From Candidatus Latescibacterota bacterium (GTDB taxonomy: Bacteria; Latescibacterota; UBA2968; GCA-2709665): a stretch of 64,000 nucleotides of DNA. Within the stretch, counting starts at the first letter, position 1, and every line of letters starts with the position of its first letter. Location: the NCBI GenBank assembly GCA_965226795.1, contig CBDDDZ010000003.1:448001-512000 (forward strand), written 5' to 3'. The position numbers and the translations under genes are program-made. A model generated the notes under the pieces. The model worked only from the letters and a program-made list of their open reading frames with translations. It was not told where the DNA came from and did not search any database. Positions 39,606 to 49,399 of this stretch are shown here, in pieces.

Positions 39606-40907
39606 CGAAATCCCCTCTCAGAATGCGTGCTGAAACCGGGAGTCCGTCTTCATCGTCGGATAGCGCTTGGCTAATATCATTGCGTCTCGCCAGTGACCCC
39701 CACGACGAGAACGGATCAATGCGAGTTTGCCTGTTAAGGCGCCGGACCGCAAACAGGGAGTCGTCATCAATCAGGTCGGGCAGGATCGGTGAGTGGGTGG
39801 TAATGATATGTTGAGTCTGGTTCAGGACCTCCTGAGTCTTGAGCAATTCCGCGATCAACTGGATGCGGCGCGGGTGAATGCCATTCTCCGGCTCTTCGAA
39901 TGCGACCAATGCAGGGGTGTCGGCAACGCCAGAGAGGGCCAGGAGTCCGAGCATCCTCAAGGTGCCTTCTGAGAGCACTCGAGCCGGAATTGCAACACCC
40001 CCTTCCTTTAGTCTCAGTTCCACCTCTCCGAGATCGCTCACTTCTACCTCGATTCCTTCGATGTTGGGCATCAACGCGCGTAGAGCTTTTTCGACGCCCT
40101 TGAATTGCTTGGCATCGGTTGCTTTCATTGTATTCAGAAAGGCGGCGAGTTCTTCGCCTATCAAACCGATATGTCGTACCTCTTTTACTGGATTCGCGGC
40201 CCTCATACGTTCGCGAGGTTCGAAGTAAAAGAACAGCCAACTCTCCAACTCACGCCGAGCCGCCGCCAAGTGCGGATAGTGAGGCGGATAATGTGGCATC
40301 GAGAGAACGCTGTGGTCAAGGAAACGATCGTAATAGGTGGGATGCGCCTGTCCCTCCAAGCGCAGGTGTATCTTCTGATCCTGGCGTTCGATAAATGGCC
40401 TGCGTTTTCCGGTGGGTTGCCCATCGGCATTCAATGCAGCCAAGTATTCATCGGCTACGCGCAGAACACCAGATTTTGGCAGCATCTCTATCTCAATGCG
40501 GTATCGGAGATATGTTTCACGCACCCGGGCAGGGATTTTTCCCCCGGATTTGAACTCGGCCTCGACGCTTGGGCGACGCATTTCTAGAATCTGGCGATTC
40601 ACAGTCTCGACAACGCGGCGGACAAGCTAAGGTCCGCTTCAATGGAGAACGACAGTCTTTCCTGTTCGAGTAGACCCTTGATGCCGTTTTTTCCGAAGGT
40701 AAAGGACTCTAGCGGTTTCCCTCGATAGGGAGGATCAAACGCTTCTTTGACCGTCCGACTCGTCCCCAGCTTCGACAGTAACTGCAAGGCGTCGAGCAAG
40801 TTGCTCTTACCGGCGGCATTTGGTCCGAATAGCACGACCAGCTGCGATAGAGACACTTCGACGTCGTCAAGAGACTTATATCCTCGGATCTGTATTCGCC
40901 TCAGCAT
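39598..40907 (-). pseudogene. ABC/AAA_21-type ATPase, -1 frameshift near 40614
   Basis: GYKSL, FGPNAAGKSNLLDAL in 40599-40907; LSEGT, FEEPENGIHP, ITTHSP in 39598-40602. Confidence 0.8.
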
Positions 40908-40927
40908 GTCGGACTCTCCAATGCATT

Positions 40928-41113
40928 TTATTCCAATGGATCTATTAATCTACGCCCATGTCGAAAAAACACACAGCCCGGATCCTTTAGTTCCCGCATC
41001 AAGTTCTCCTTCAACGCATCCATGGTTTCGCCTTGCTTCCAATAGTCGGGATACTCTTCAGGATATCCCAGAGACATAGGGCCGTCCTGCCAGGAGATGT
41101 AATTCTGCATTTC
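40928..41113 (-). pseudogene. HicB-like antitoxin N-terminus fused to HicA-like toxin N-terminus (remnant)
   Basis: WQDG..LGY.EEYPDYW.QGET...LKENL (HicB-like) followed by RELKDPGCVFFRHG (HicA-like); AGGAGG SD. Confidence 0.55.
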
Positions 41114-41167
41114 ATTGTCTTCCTCCTTTCTCGATCATCGAGTTCATTCCTGTGGCGCAAGAAAACG

Positions 41168-43492
41168 CTAAAGCAGCACCGGTCCGTTGCTGTCGGACCA
41201 GTCCATTCTGATCCGATCCACGTTCCCGTCCGGATGCGCGATGCGCACGTTCCAGGCCTCGCCGCGGCGGATGATCCTGGAAGTGACGCCTGCGCTGACG
41301 CCGTCCGTGAAAGGCACCAGGGCGTAGCCGGTCCGGAAGGGCAGTGATGTCCGTTTCCTGTAGATGACGACCGGCGCGGGAACATCCTGCCCGCCGATGG
41401 CGAGCCAGCCCTGAACCGGATCGTTCTGGCCGCAGACGAGGCGAGGCGTCATTCTGACGAGGGGCACGATTTCCAGGTTCGGCGGATTCATGCGTCCCGT
41501 GCGGGCGGCCCCGGTGTCGGGGTCGATCAGCACGCGGTAGGGCATGAAGTGGAAGAGCGCCTCATAGGTGCGGCGGCCGTCGCCCGTGAGTTCGTCGAAG
41601 ATCAGGAAGTAATCGGGCTTGACGAACATGACAACCCGACGGAGAGTGACGGTTGCGTCCAACCCGGCAAAGCCGGCGTCATACGTTGCAATGGCGACGT
41701 CTGCACGGTCATCGGATCGCCACACGGTCTTGTCCCGGGCGGATTCTACCCATTCGGAGATGGTCTGGGCCCGGCGGTTCTGTCCGCAGCCGTCCACGAG
41801 TACCGTGTTGTGCGCTTCGGTTGTCCGGTAGAACGAGGTCCATGCATTCGGATAGTACGAGGTGATTCCGGGGTCCACGATGAAGGGCAGGCCGTGGGCG
41901 AAGAGATCGAACGAAAGCATATCTTCGTGCTGGTGAAAACGACCGTAAGGCCCCCCTTCGAACAGGAGGTAGCGGGCGTCTTGATCCCAGCCGCTGCGCA
42001 TGACGAAGTAACCGGAGTCCGGTCGGGCGATGGAGGTATATTCCGGAGCGCTGCCTTGCTCGCCCTGATTGCCGATCCAGACGGCGGATTGGTTGCTGAG
42101 AATCGCGCCGGGGCCGGCCAGAGAGCCACCGTATTTTGAGTCGAGACTACCGGCATCGGAGACGGAAGGATGGGAGAAGTCGGGGCGCGAGATGGAAACA
42201 CACCAGTCGTACATCCGCCCGATACCGGCTTCCAGTTCCGGATCCAGCGATCGGCCGAACTTCCCGGCTACCTTGAACGCGTCCAGAAACCACGAAGCAA
42301 TCGCCATCTGATAGCCGGGGGTAAGTTCGTACGAGGCCCCGTCGGGCATGACCTGGATGTTCATGTCGTCCATGAGCCGCCGGCTGGCGTCCTCGTACCA
42401 GGCTTCGGCCTCACGAAATTCGGGGAAGGAGCAGGCCACGGCGAGCAGGGCCCTGCCCTCGGAGATGGTCTTGTTCGAAGGTGGAAAAGACTCGAATTTC
42501 AGGAGGTAGACCGCGTGTTCGTAGATGGACTTGAGCAGGTCCAGGATCGTCCGGTCCTCGGTATCCTGACAATCGCAGAGCACGGTGAATGCGTCGACGA
42601 GCGTGTTGAACGCCCGCATGCTCACGATCAGAGAGTGCCCCCAGGCCAGGCCGCCCGCGCGGACGCCGAAGGGCATGGGTGTTTTGCGCATCCAGTCGCA
42701 CAGGATGGCTTCGATGCCTCTGGCGTATTTGGGATCCCGGGTCTTTACCCAGGCGAGTTCGAGCGGTTTGAAGTAGGAAAATCCGTGGATGCGGATGGAC
42801 CATTCGATATACCCATAAGGATTGGCGTCCCAGTCCACGCCCTCGGGCCAGTGATGGCCCAGGATGTGACCGGCGAGGATACGGTCCGCTTCCTCAACGT
42901 CGGCATCGGGAACGGAATCGGGTATAGTGTGTCGCCTGTCAAAAGCGCAGGAACGGAAGTGCGCCGCGATTGCCGCAAGCTGGGCCTCTCTGATTGTAGC
43001 CTGCGCCGCGGTTTCGAGCCCCGGGTGGCTCAAATCAACGGCGGCGATAAGGGCGTCGTCCTTCATTCGGGGTCCGTGGACGATCCGGCGCTGAATGAGA
43101 CGGATATTTCGGATGCGGCTTCCGGATGGCAGACGGATGTCGCCTGAGGACATGTCGCCCCACCCCCCGGGCGGGATGCCCCGGGTGTAGAAACACTCGG
43201 CGGGAAATCGGAATTCCCGCCAGCCCCGCCAGACGTTGCCTCCACGGGGGGAGACGATGGCGTTGAAGTGATAGCCGTCGTCTTCGCTCATACCCTCGGT
43301 ACGATGCCCGGAGGTAAGGGTACAGTAGATCTGGTCGTCCACCCCCTCCGGAAGGCAGATTTCGGCGCGGATCTCGTTCGCCCGGCTCCAGTCCCCGGCT
43401 TCCAATGGGAGATCGATCTGTTCACCCTGTTCGACCTCGGACAGGGTCCATTCGGCTACGATGGCGTCATCCTGAAACATGGAGAGGTCCAT
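41168..43492 (-). CDS. Heparinase II/III-like polysaccharide lyase
   Basis: DGASYELTPGYQ, SGYFVMRSGW, HQHEDMLSFDL..G..FIVDPG..Y, AHNTVLVDG. Confidence 0.85.
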   Translation of the reverse strand: MDLSMFQDDAIVAEWTLSEVEQGEQIDLPLEAGDWSRANEIRAEICLPEGVDDQIYCTLTSGHRTEGMSEDDGYHFNAIVSPRGGNVWRGWREFRFPAECFYTRGIPPGGWGDMSSGDIRLPSGSRIRNIRLIQRRIVHGPRMKDDALIAAVDLSHPGLETAAQATIREAQLAAIAAHFRSCAFDRRHTIPDSVPDADVEEADRILAGHILGHHWPEGVDWDANPYGYIEWSIRIHGFSYFKPLELAWVKTRDPKYARGIEAILCDWMRKTPMPFGVRAGGLAWGHSLIVSMRAFNTLVDAFTVLCDCQDTEDRTILDLLKSIYEHAVYLLKFESFPPSNKTISEGRALLAVACSFPEFREAEAWYEDASRRLMDDMNIQVMPDGASYELTPGYQMAIASWFLDAFKVAGKFGRSLDPELEAGIGRMYDWCVSISRPDFSHPSVSDAGSLDSKYGGSLAGPGAILSNQSAVWIGNQGEQGSAPEYTSIARPDSGYFVMRSGWDQDARYLLFEGGPYGRFHQHEDMLSFDLFAHGLPFIVDPGITSYYPNAWTSFYRTTEAHNTVLVDGCGQNRRAQTISEWVESARDKTVWRSDDRADVAIATYDAGFAGLDATVTLRRVVMFVKPDYFLIFDELTGDGRRTYEALFHFMPYRVLIDPDTGAARTGRMNPPNLEIVPLVRMTPRLVCGQNDPVQGWLAIGGQDVPAPVVIYRKRTSLPFRTGYALVPFTDGVSAGVTSRIIRRGEAWNVRIAHPDGNVDRIRMDWSDSNGPVLL

Positions 43493-43760
43493 GGGGGCCT
43501 CCTTTCGATTGTGCCAATTTACGAAATGCGGGTTCGGTATTCAAGGCCCATCCTGTATGCTGAAAGGAGCCACATTCCTGCGTCGGCGCCGACCGCGCTG
43601 GTCGACGGGCGCAAGGAGAGGACAGGTTTAGGGCTTGCGCATTGTGTGTCGGGTGCATTTCTTATCGGTCATGAGCGAGGTCTCGTCGGGGAGTCAAAGG
43701 GGATCTGGGAAAAAGCAGAATCTTCACCACCCCACTTCCCTCCAATTCTTTTTTTTCGAT

Positions 43761-43812
43761 TGTACGTACCGGATACATGGGTAACAGGTGGTCGGGTACA
43801 TAGGTAACACTT
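43761..43812 (-). mobile_element. IS481-family terminal repeat remnant
   Basis: rc AAAGTGTTACCTATGTACCCGACCACCTGTTACCCATGTATCCGGTACGTACA: tandem TGTTACCYATGT units ending in ACA; no transposase. Confidence 0.6.
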
Positions 43813-43939
43813 TTCGCGAGGGTCCTCTTGTGGCTCATCCAAAGTGTCTTAACAGGTCGCCTGTCGGCGGACAATTGTTGCATGGAACTGCGTTCCGGAC
43901 GGACACATGTTCTTCCTTTCCCTTCAACTTTTTTCCTCT

Positions 43940-44450
43940 TCGTCCTTTTTCTTATTCGCGTAAGAAAAAGGACCAAAAAGAACCGCGCCTGCCTGCCGAG
44001 CACGACTCGGCGCAGGCAGGCCGTTCGGCACGGGGCCGGTTTTTCCGCGAATCGCCTTAGTGGAGAAATGGAAATTGGGTGCCCTGCGAACCTGTCAGGT
44101 GTACCTGTACCACCGAGCTGAACGGAATAGCACGGAAAAAACCCCCCACGCCCCCACCGGACGGGCGCCAGGCCCTTCGATAGGACTACCAGAGCAGAGC
44201 GCGTGGTTCCGTCCACCACCAAAACCCGATATCCTGCAATCGCAGGTAGGGCAGCGGGTCGCGTGTGACCCATGAGGCGATTCCCGCTGTGCATATGGCC
44301 GCCCCCGCGAGGACAGGCGGGCGTCCCATGGGTCGCCCCTTCAAGAACCAGACATCCGCAAAACGACTACTCAAGGCCCTATCGTTAACCGCTGTTGGCT
44401 GAATGCTGATTGCTGAGTTTTTCCCTTTGTGTCTTTGTGCCTTCGTGTGA
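43940..44450. repeat. Intergenic mosaic of REP-like hairpins and simple repeats
   Basis: CCTGCCTG..CAGGCAGG hairpin 43988-44020; GTAG-type REP pair ~44246-44342; GCTGA heptamer run ~44391-44417; CTTTGTGTCTTTGTGCCTTCGTG ~44425-44447. Confidence 0.6.
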
Positions 44451-44480
44451 GTCCGGCGCTTTATTACGTGTGAGGTAATT

Positions 44481-45677
44481 ATGGGTATCCGTGTCGGAAT
44501 CTGTGGGACCGGAGCGTTCGCGAATTCGTTCATCCCTCTGTTCAAGGCGCACCCGGAGGTGGACCACCTGGTTTTGTGCGACCTGGACGCGGAGAAACTG
44601 CGGGAGAAGTCGGCGCGTTTCGACGTTCCGGATACATATCCGTCATTGGATGCGCTGTGCGGAACCGACGTGGACGCCATTGCGATTATCACCCAGCATC
44701 ATCTGCACGGGCCACAGGCCGTCCAGGCGTTGCGCAGCGGAAAGCACGTGTATTCGGCGGTCCCGTCGGCGGTGAGCCTGGATGAGGTCTCCGAGCTTGT
44801 AAAGGCCGTGGATGAGACCGGTTTGATCTATATGATTGGCGAGACGAGTTACTATTACCCGTGTACGATCTACTGCCGGGACCGTTTTCAGAAGGGAGAT
44901 TTCGGACATGTCGTTTACGGGGAGGCGGAGTACTACCACGATTATTCTCACGGACTGTATGCGGTGTCGCAGTGGCGGCACGGTGAGAAATGGAAGCGGT
45001 ATTACGGGGCGCCGCCGCTCTATTATCCCACCCATTCCACGAGTATGATCGTGTCGGTCACCGGGGCGCATGGCACGTACGTGAGCGGAATGGGGTTCGT
45101 GGATCGCCATGAAGATAATCTATATGCGCGCGAAGACAATGTCTGGGAGAACCCGTTCAGCAACCAGACGATGTTGTGCAAAATGTCGGATGGGAGTATG
45201 GCGCGCTTCAACGAGTTCCGGCGGATCGGACACCCCGGTACGGTGGGGATGAGTCTTTATGGAACCGATGCCGGATACGAGGAGCAGGTGGGCGGACAGA
45301 TCTGGATCACCAAGGACCGGAAAACGTGCGTGGATCTGACCGCGGAATTGTCGTGTGAAGGCGTGCCGGCCGGTCCGGCCGACGATCCGATGGGCGCGGT
45401 CACGGGAGATGACGGCATGCACCAGGGCGTGTCGCGGGTACATCCGGTACACCTGCTGCCGAGGGAGTTTATCGGCCTTGGAAACGGGCACAAAGGGGCC
45501 CATCAGTTCCTGGTACATGATTTCGTAACGGCGTGCGTGACGGGTGAAACGCCGCCGAATAACGTCTGGCAGGCGGCGCGGTACCTGCTTCCGGGGCTGG
45601 TGGCGCACGAGTCCGCGATGAATGGAGGCGCGTTAACTGCCGTGCCCGATTTTGGAGACGGCACCGAAAAACCGTGA
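44481..45677 (+). CDS. Gfo/Idh/MocA family oxidoreductase
   Basis: GICGTG Rossmann motif, ALRSGKHVYSAVP, YPTHS. Confidence 0.88.
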   Translation: MGIRVGICGTGAFANSFIPLFKAHPEVDHLVLCDLDAEKLREKSARFDVPDTYPSLDALCGTDVDAIAIITQHHLHGPQAVQALRSGKHVYSAVPSAVSLDEVSELVKAVDETGLIYMIGETSYYYPCTIYCRDRFQKGDFGHVVYGEAEYYHDYSHGLYAVSQWRHGEKWKRYYGAPPLYYPTHSTSMIVSVTGAHGTYVSGMGFVDRHEDNLYAREDNVWENPFSNQTMLCKMSDGSMARFNEFRRIGHPGTVGMSLYGTDAGYEEQVGGQIWITKDRKTCVDLTAELSCEGVPAGPADDPMGAVTGDDGMHQGVSRVHPVHLLPREFIGLGNGHKGAHQFLVHDFVTACVTGETPPNNVWQAARYLLPGLVAHESAMNGGALTAVPDFGDGTEKP

Positions 45678-45737
45678 GGGGTAAGACGCAAGAGGCGAAC
45701 CGGGAAAGGAAGTGAACATGAAAGAAACGCCTGGTAG

Positions 45738-45881
45738 TGTTCTGTCCCGGAAATAGATTGCCTGAATTCGGCCGTCGAGCGAGGGGAACGCAGCGAGACG
45801 GGATGAACCGGCCTGCCTGTGCGTGCTGTCTCACGCACGCAGACAGGCGGATGAATGGTGACCTATTTCAGGGACGGGACA
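45738..45881 (+). mobile_element. MITE-like element, copy 2
   Basis: TGTTCTGTCCCGGAAATA ... TATTTCAGGGACGGGACA, with TAG on the left and GTAG on the right. Confidence 0.7.
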
Positions 45882-45914
45882 GTAGTTATACCTGGCTGTC
45901 TTTACGGGAGAAAT

Positions 45915-46235
45915 ATGGTGATTAAGCGAACTTCAGGAGAGGGATGGGCGTTTGTTCCCGAGGATGTGTTTGACATTGACGAGGAAGTGCTGGTCTCCCG
46001 CGCGCCGGAGGAGCAGCGGATTCGGATTTCGCTGGAGAAACGGAAGCGGGGCAAGGTGGTAACGCTGGCTGGCGGTCTGGTGCTGGCGAAGGGAGATATG
46101 AAGGATCTGGCGCGGGCATTACGAGAAACGTGTGGTACGGGAGGGACGATTCGGCGGGATACGGTTGAGTTGCAGGGTGATTGCCGGCAAAAGGTCCGCG
46201 CCTGGCTGGTGGAAAATGGCTGGGGCGTTCGATAA
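45915..46235 (+). CDS. yciH: SUI1/YciH translation initiation factor homolog
   Basis: RGKVVT, L...CGTGGT, VELQGD. Confidence 0.88.
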   Translation: MVIKRTSGEGWAFVPEDVFDIDEEVLVSRAPEEQRIRISLEKRKRGKVVTLAGGLVLAKGDMKDLARALRETCGTGGTIRRDTVELQGDCRQKVRAWLVENGWGVR

Positions 46236-46363
46236 TGGAAACGGGAAGAAGGACGCGGGTCGGGAACGGAACACGAGCTCTCGCCCGCTGATCACTGACC
46301 GTTGTCAGGCGCCCGGGGGCGGCCGTCAGCCGTCTTTCTTCTCGCACATTTTCAAAGTTGCTC

Positions 46364-46400
46364 TGTCATTCTGAGCGACGCGTAGCGGAGTCGAAGAATC
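46364..46400 (+). repeat. TGTCATTCTGAGCG...CGAAGAATC repeat family copy
   Basis: Other copies at 53740, 53949, 61753 and inverted near 53859-53897. Confidence 0.8.
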
Positions 46401-46481
46401 GGCTGCCCGATTGGCACGCACGAATGGAATGGACCGAACGCTGATCGATAACAGGTGAACGCTAACGAAGGAGATGTCACA

Positions 46482-48020
46482 ATGGCCACGGTAGATTGCG
46501 ATGCGGTGATTCTGGGAGGCGGGCACAACGGGCTGGTTGCGGCGTCCTACCTCGCGGATGCCGGAATGGACGTGCTGTTGCTGGAACGCCGGAACCTCCT
46601 GGGGGGCGCCTGTGCGACCGAGGAGTTGTTTCCCGGTTACCGGTTTTCGTCCTGCTCCTACATTTGCCACCTCTTGCAGGACCGGGTGATCGACGAGTTG
46701 GGCCTGCGGGAACACGGGTTCGACGTCTATCACCTGGACCCGTCCCGGTATCAGCCCTTCCCCGACGGTTCCGCCCTCCGCCTCTGGGACGACCTGGAAC
46801 GCAGCCAGGCCGAACTCGCCCGGTTTTCGCAAAGGGACGCGGAGGCCTATCCGGATTGGCTTTCTTTCTGGAAACGCGCTGCCGGGATCATCTATCCCTA
46901 TTTCCTGACGCCGCCGCCCACGGTCAGCGAGATCGCCTCGCGGGTGAGGGGAACGCCGGATGAGGCGCTTCTGGACCGCCTGCTGACGACCAGCATGACC
47001 GATCTCGTGACCGACTTCTTCGAGTCCGACCAGGCTCAGGGCGCGTTTATCCAGGCGCAGGACGTGGGCGATCCCGCGGCGTCGGGCAGCGCGTGGTGTT
47101 ACGCGTATATCAAATGCAACGTGTTCGGCCGGCCGGAGAACGTGGGCATCGTCAAGGGCGGGATGGGCGGAATCGCCAGCGCCCTCGCCAGGGCGGCGCG
47201 GGCGCGCGGTGCGGTTTTGCAGACGAACGCGGAGGTGGAACGAATCCTGGTCAGAAACGGAAGCGCGTGTGGCGTGGCGCTTGCCGACGGTACGGAGATC
47301 CGCAGCCGGATCGTGGTCTCCAACGCGGATCCGAAGCGTACGTTCCTGAAGCTGCTGCCGGCCGAGGCGCTGGATGCGCGATTCCTGGCCAGGGCAGGCC
47401 GTCTGAAGACCAGGACGGCCTATCTGAAATTCCACGCGGCGCTCACGGGCCTGCCGGATTTCGCGAGGGGCGAATCGGGATATGATCCGCACTGGTTTGC
47501 GGAGATCAAGATCTGCCCGTCCATTGACTACTTCGCCCGCGCCTGGGACGACGCGCGGCGTGGAGATCCTGCCAGGGAACCCGTGATCGAAGTGCAGATT
47601 CCATCGGTCTATGACGACACGATGGCGCCGGAGGGCCACCATGTGATGTCCGTCTGGGTCCTGTATGCACCCGTAAGCCCTCGCGACGGCACCTGGGACG
47701 AGAGACGGGAAGAGGTGGGGGAGCGTCTCATCGATACGCTGTCGGTCTATGCGCCGAACCTCCGGGACATTCTGGTGGACTGGTCGCTATTCACACCGCA
47801 TGACCTGGAGGACCGCGTGGGCCTTACCGACGGCAACATCAGGCACTTGGACATCGTGCCGGACCAGTTCCTCGCGCAACGGCCGCTTGGGGGCTGGGCG
47901 CGCTACGCGACGCCGGTTCAAAACCTCTATCTATGTGGCGCGGGCACCCATCCAGGCGGCGAGGTGACCGGAGCCCCGGGGCACAATGCCGCGAAGGCCA
48001 TACTGGAGGATTGGGGATAG
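46482..48020 (+). CDS. Phytoene dehydrogenase-like FAD oxidoreductase
   Basis: GGGHNGLVAA, LERR..LGGA, KGGMG, YLCGAGTHPGGEVTGAPGHNAA. Confidence 0.88.
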   Translation: MATVDCDAVILGGGHNGLVAASYLADAGMDVLLLERRNLLGGACATEELFPGYRFSSCSYICHLLQDRVIDELGLREHGFDVYHLDPSRYQPFPDGSALRLWDDLERSQAELARFSQRDAEAYPDWLSFWKRAAGIIYPYFLTPPPTVSEIASRVRGTPDEALLDRLLTTSMTDLVTDFFESDQAQGAFIQAQDVGDPAASGSAWCYAYIKCNVFGRPENVGIVKGGMGGIASALARAARARGAVLQTNAEVERILVRNGSACGVALADGTEIRSRIVVSNADPKRTFLKLLPAEALDARFLARAGRLKTRTAYLKFHAALTGLPDFARGESGYDPHWFAEIKICPSIDYFARAWDDARRGDPAREPVIEVQIPSVYDDTMAPEGHHVMSVWVLYAPVSPRDGTWDERREEVGERLIDTLSVYAPNLRDILVDWSLFTPHDLEDRVGLTDGNIRHLDIVPDQFLAQRPLGGWARYATPVQNLYLCGAGTHPGGEVTGAPGHNAAKAILEDWG

Positions 48021-48055
48021 AAGCCAGTTGAGTGCTCTCAGCCTGAAGCTGCAGT

Positions 48056-49399
48056 TCAAAACCGGAGGGTAAACACGGTTTCTTCTTCGGGTGTGGATCG
48101 AACGCTGATGGCGCCTCGATGCTGGCGCATAACCTGGCGGCACAGCGACAGACCGATACCCGATCCTTCGTGTTTGGTGGTGAAAAACGGTATAAAGATT
48201 CGCTCCTGCACGTCTTCGAGGATGCCCGGTCCGTTGTCGCGCACGCGAATGAGGACCCGGCCTCTCCGGTCGAGAAGGGCAACCAGGTCGATGCGGGCCC
48301 CGTCGCGTCCGGCCAGCGCGTGCAAGGCGTTGCGCAAAAGATTGATGAGCACCTGCTCGATGAGGTCGGGGTCGGCCGTGACTTCGAGAGACTCGGGATC
48401 GACTTCAGCGCGCAGGGCGATGCGTTTACCGTCGCATTCCGGTTGCATGAGGGACACAACGCGGTCAAAGAGATCCGCGACCGGACAGATCTTGAAGTCG
48501 GGAGTGGGTATCCGCGTGAGTTGGCGGTAGGTGTCCACGAAGTGTTGCAGGCCTTCGCTGCGCGATTGTATGGTCTGCAGGGCGGTGTGCACGTCTGTCA
48601 CGGTCTGAGGATCGAGCGACGACGCGCGTCCGGATTCGGGAAAATGGTCGCGTACGGTTGAGGCGAGGGACGAAATGGGGGTGATCGAGTTCATGATTTC
48701 GTGGATGAGCACGCGAATGAGCTTCTGCCACGCTTCTATTTCCTGTTCTTCGAGTTCGCTTTGTATATCCTGTACGGAGGCCAGAATATACGATTCGCCC
48801 CGCATCCGGATCTCCGTGGCGTGAATGACAATCTGGAAGAGTTCGTCTTCGTCCTGGACTTTGACCAGGGTTCTGTCGCCCGGTCGAAGGCCCATTAAAG
48901 TTTCGGAGAGGGTCTTGCTTACCTGTTCAAGTTCGCGCACATTGTGGATATGGGGCCTGCGAAGCAGTCGCTGGGCCGCGGTGTTCATCAGTTCGATGCG
49001 TCCGCCGGAATCGTAGCAGACCAGCCCCACGCCTACGTGCTGGACCACGGTTTGCAGGTATTGGAAGTTTTCTTCTTTTTCCGCCCGGGTCCTCCGGAAG
49101 GCGTTCAACACGTCGTTGAACGCCTCTTTGAGATCGTCGAAAGCGGACCCCAGGCCACGGCCGCTGAAGGATTGGGAGAAGTCTTCGTACCGGATGGCCT
49201 GCAGAAAGCGCGTGAGATCCCGGTTCGTGCGCTCCACGTAGTGGATGAGGGCATAGGCCTGGTAGAGCGCAATGCCGGCCAGGATGAGGACGGTGGTATA
49301 GTAAGACGTCTGAAAGAGGACGAACACAAAGGCGCAGATCGTGGCGCACAGAAAGGCCACCCGCACGATGCACAGCGTTCGAAAGTGTCTATAGACCAT
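48056..49399 (-). CDS. NtrY-like sensor histidine kinase
   Basis: 2 TM, PAS-like region, HEIMNSITPI, NLLRNA, DNGPG, FIPFFTTK, GSGIGL. Confidence 0.95.
   Translation of the reverse strand: MVYRHFRTLCIVRVAFLCATICAFVFVLFQTSYYTTVLILAGIALYQAYALIHYVERTNRDLTRFLQAIRYEDFSQSFSGRGLGSAFDDLKEAFNDVLNAFRRTRAEKEENFQYLQTVVQHVGVGLVCYDSGGRIELMNTAAQRLLRRPHIHNVRELEQVSKTLSETLMGLRPGDRTLVKVQDEDELFQIVIHATEIRMRGESYILASVQDIQSELEEQEIEAWQKLIRVLIHEIMNSITPISSLASTVRDHFPESGRASSLDPQTVTDVHTALQTIQSRSEGLQHFVDTYRQLTRIPTPDFKICPVADLFDRVVSLMQPECDGKRIALRAEVDPESLEVTADPDLIEQVLINLLRNALHALAGRDGARIDLVALLDRRGRVLIRVRDNGPGILEDVQERIFIPFFTTKHEGSGIGLSLCRQVMRQHRGAISVRSTPEEETVFTLRF

Noticed and set aside
43662..44294. 210-aa ORF as IS481 transposase
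   Set aside because: Only the KSVTYVPD..LPMYPV stretch, encoded by the terminal repeat, looks IS-like; no DDE domain.
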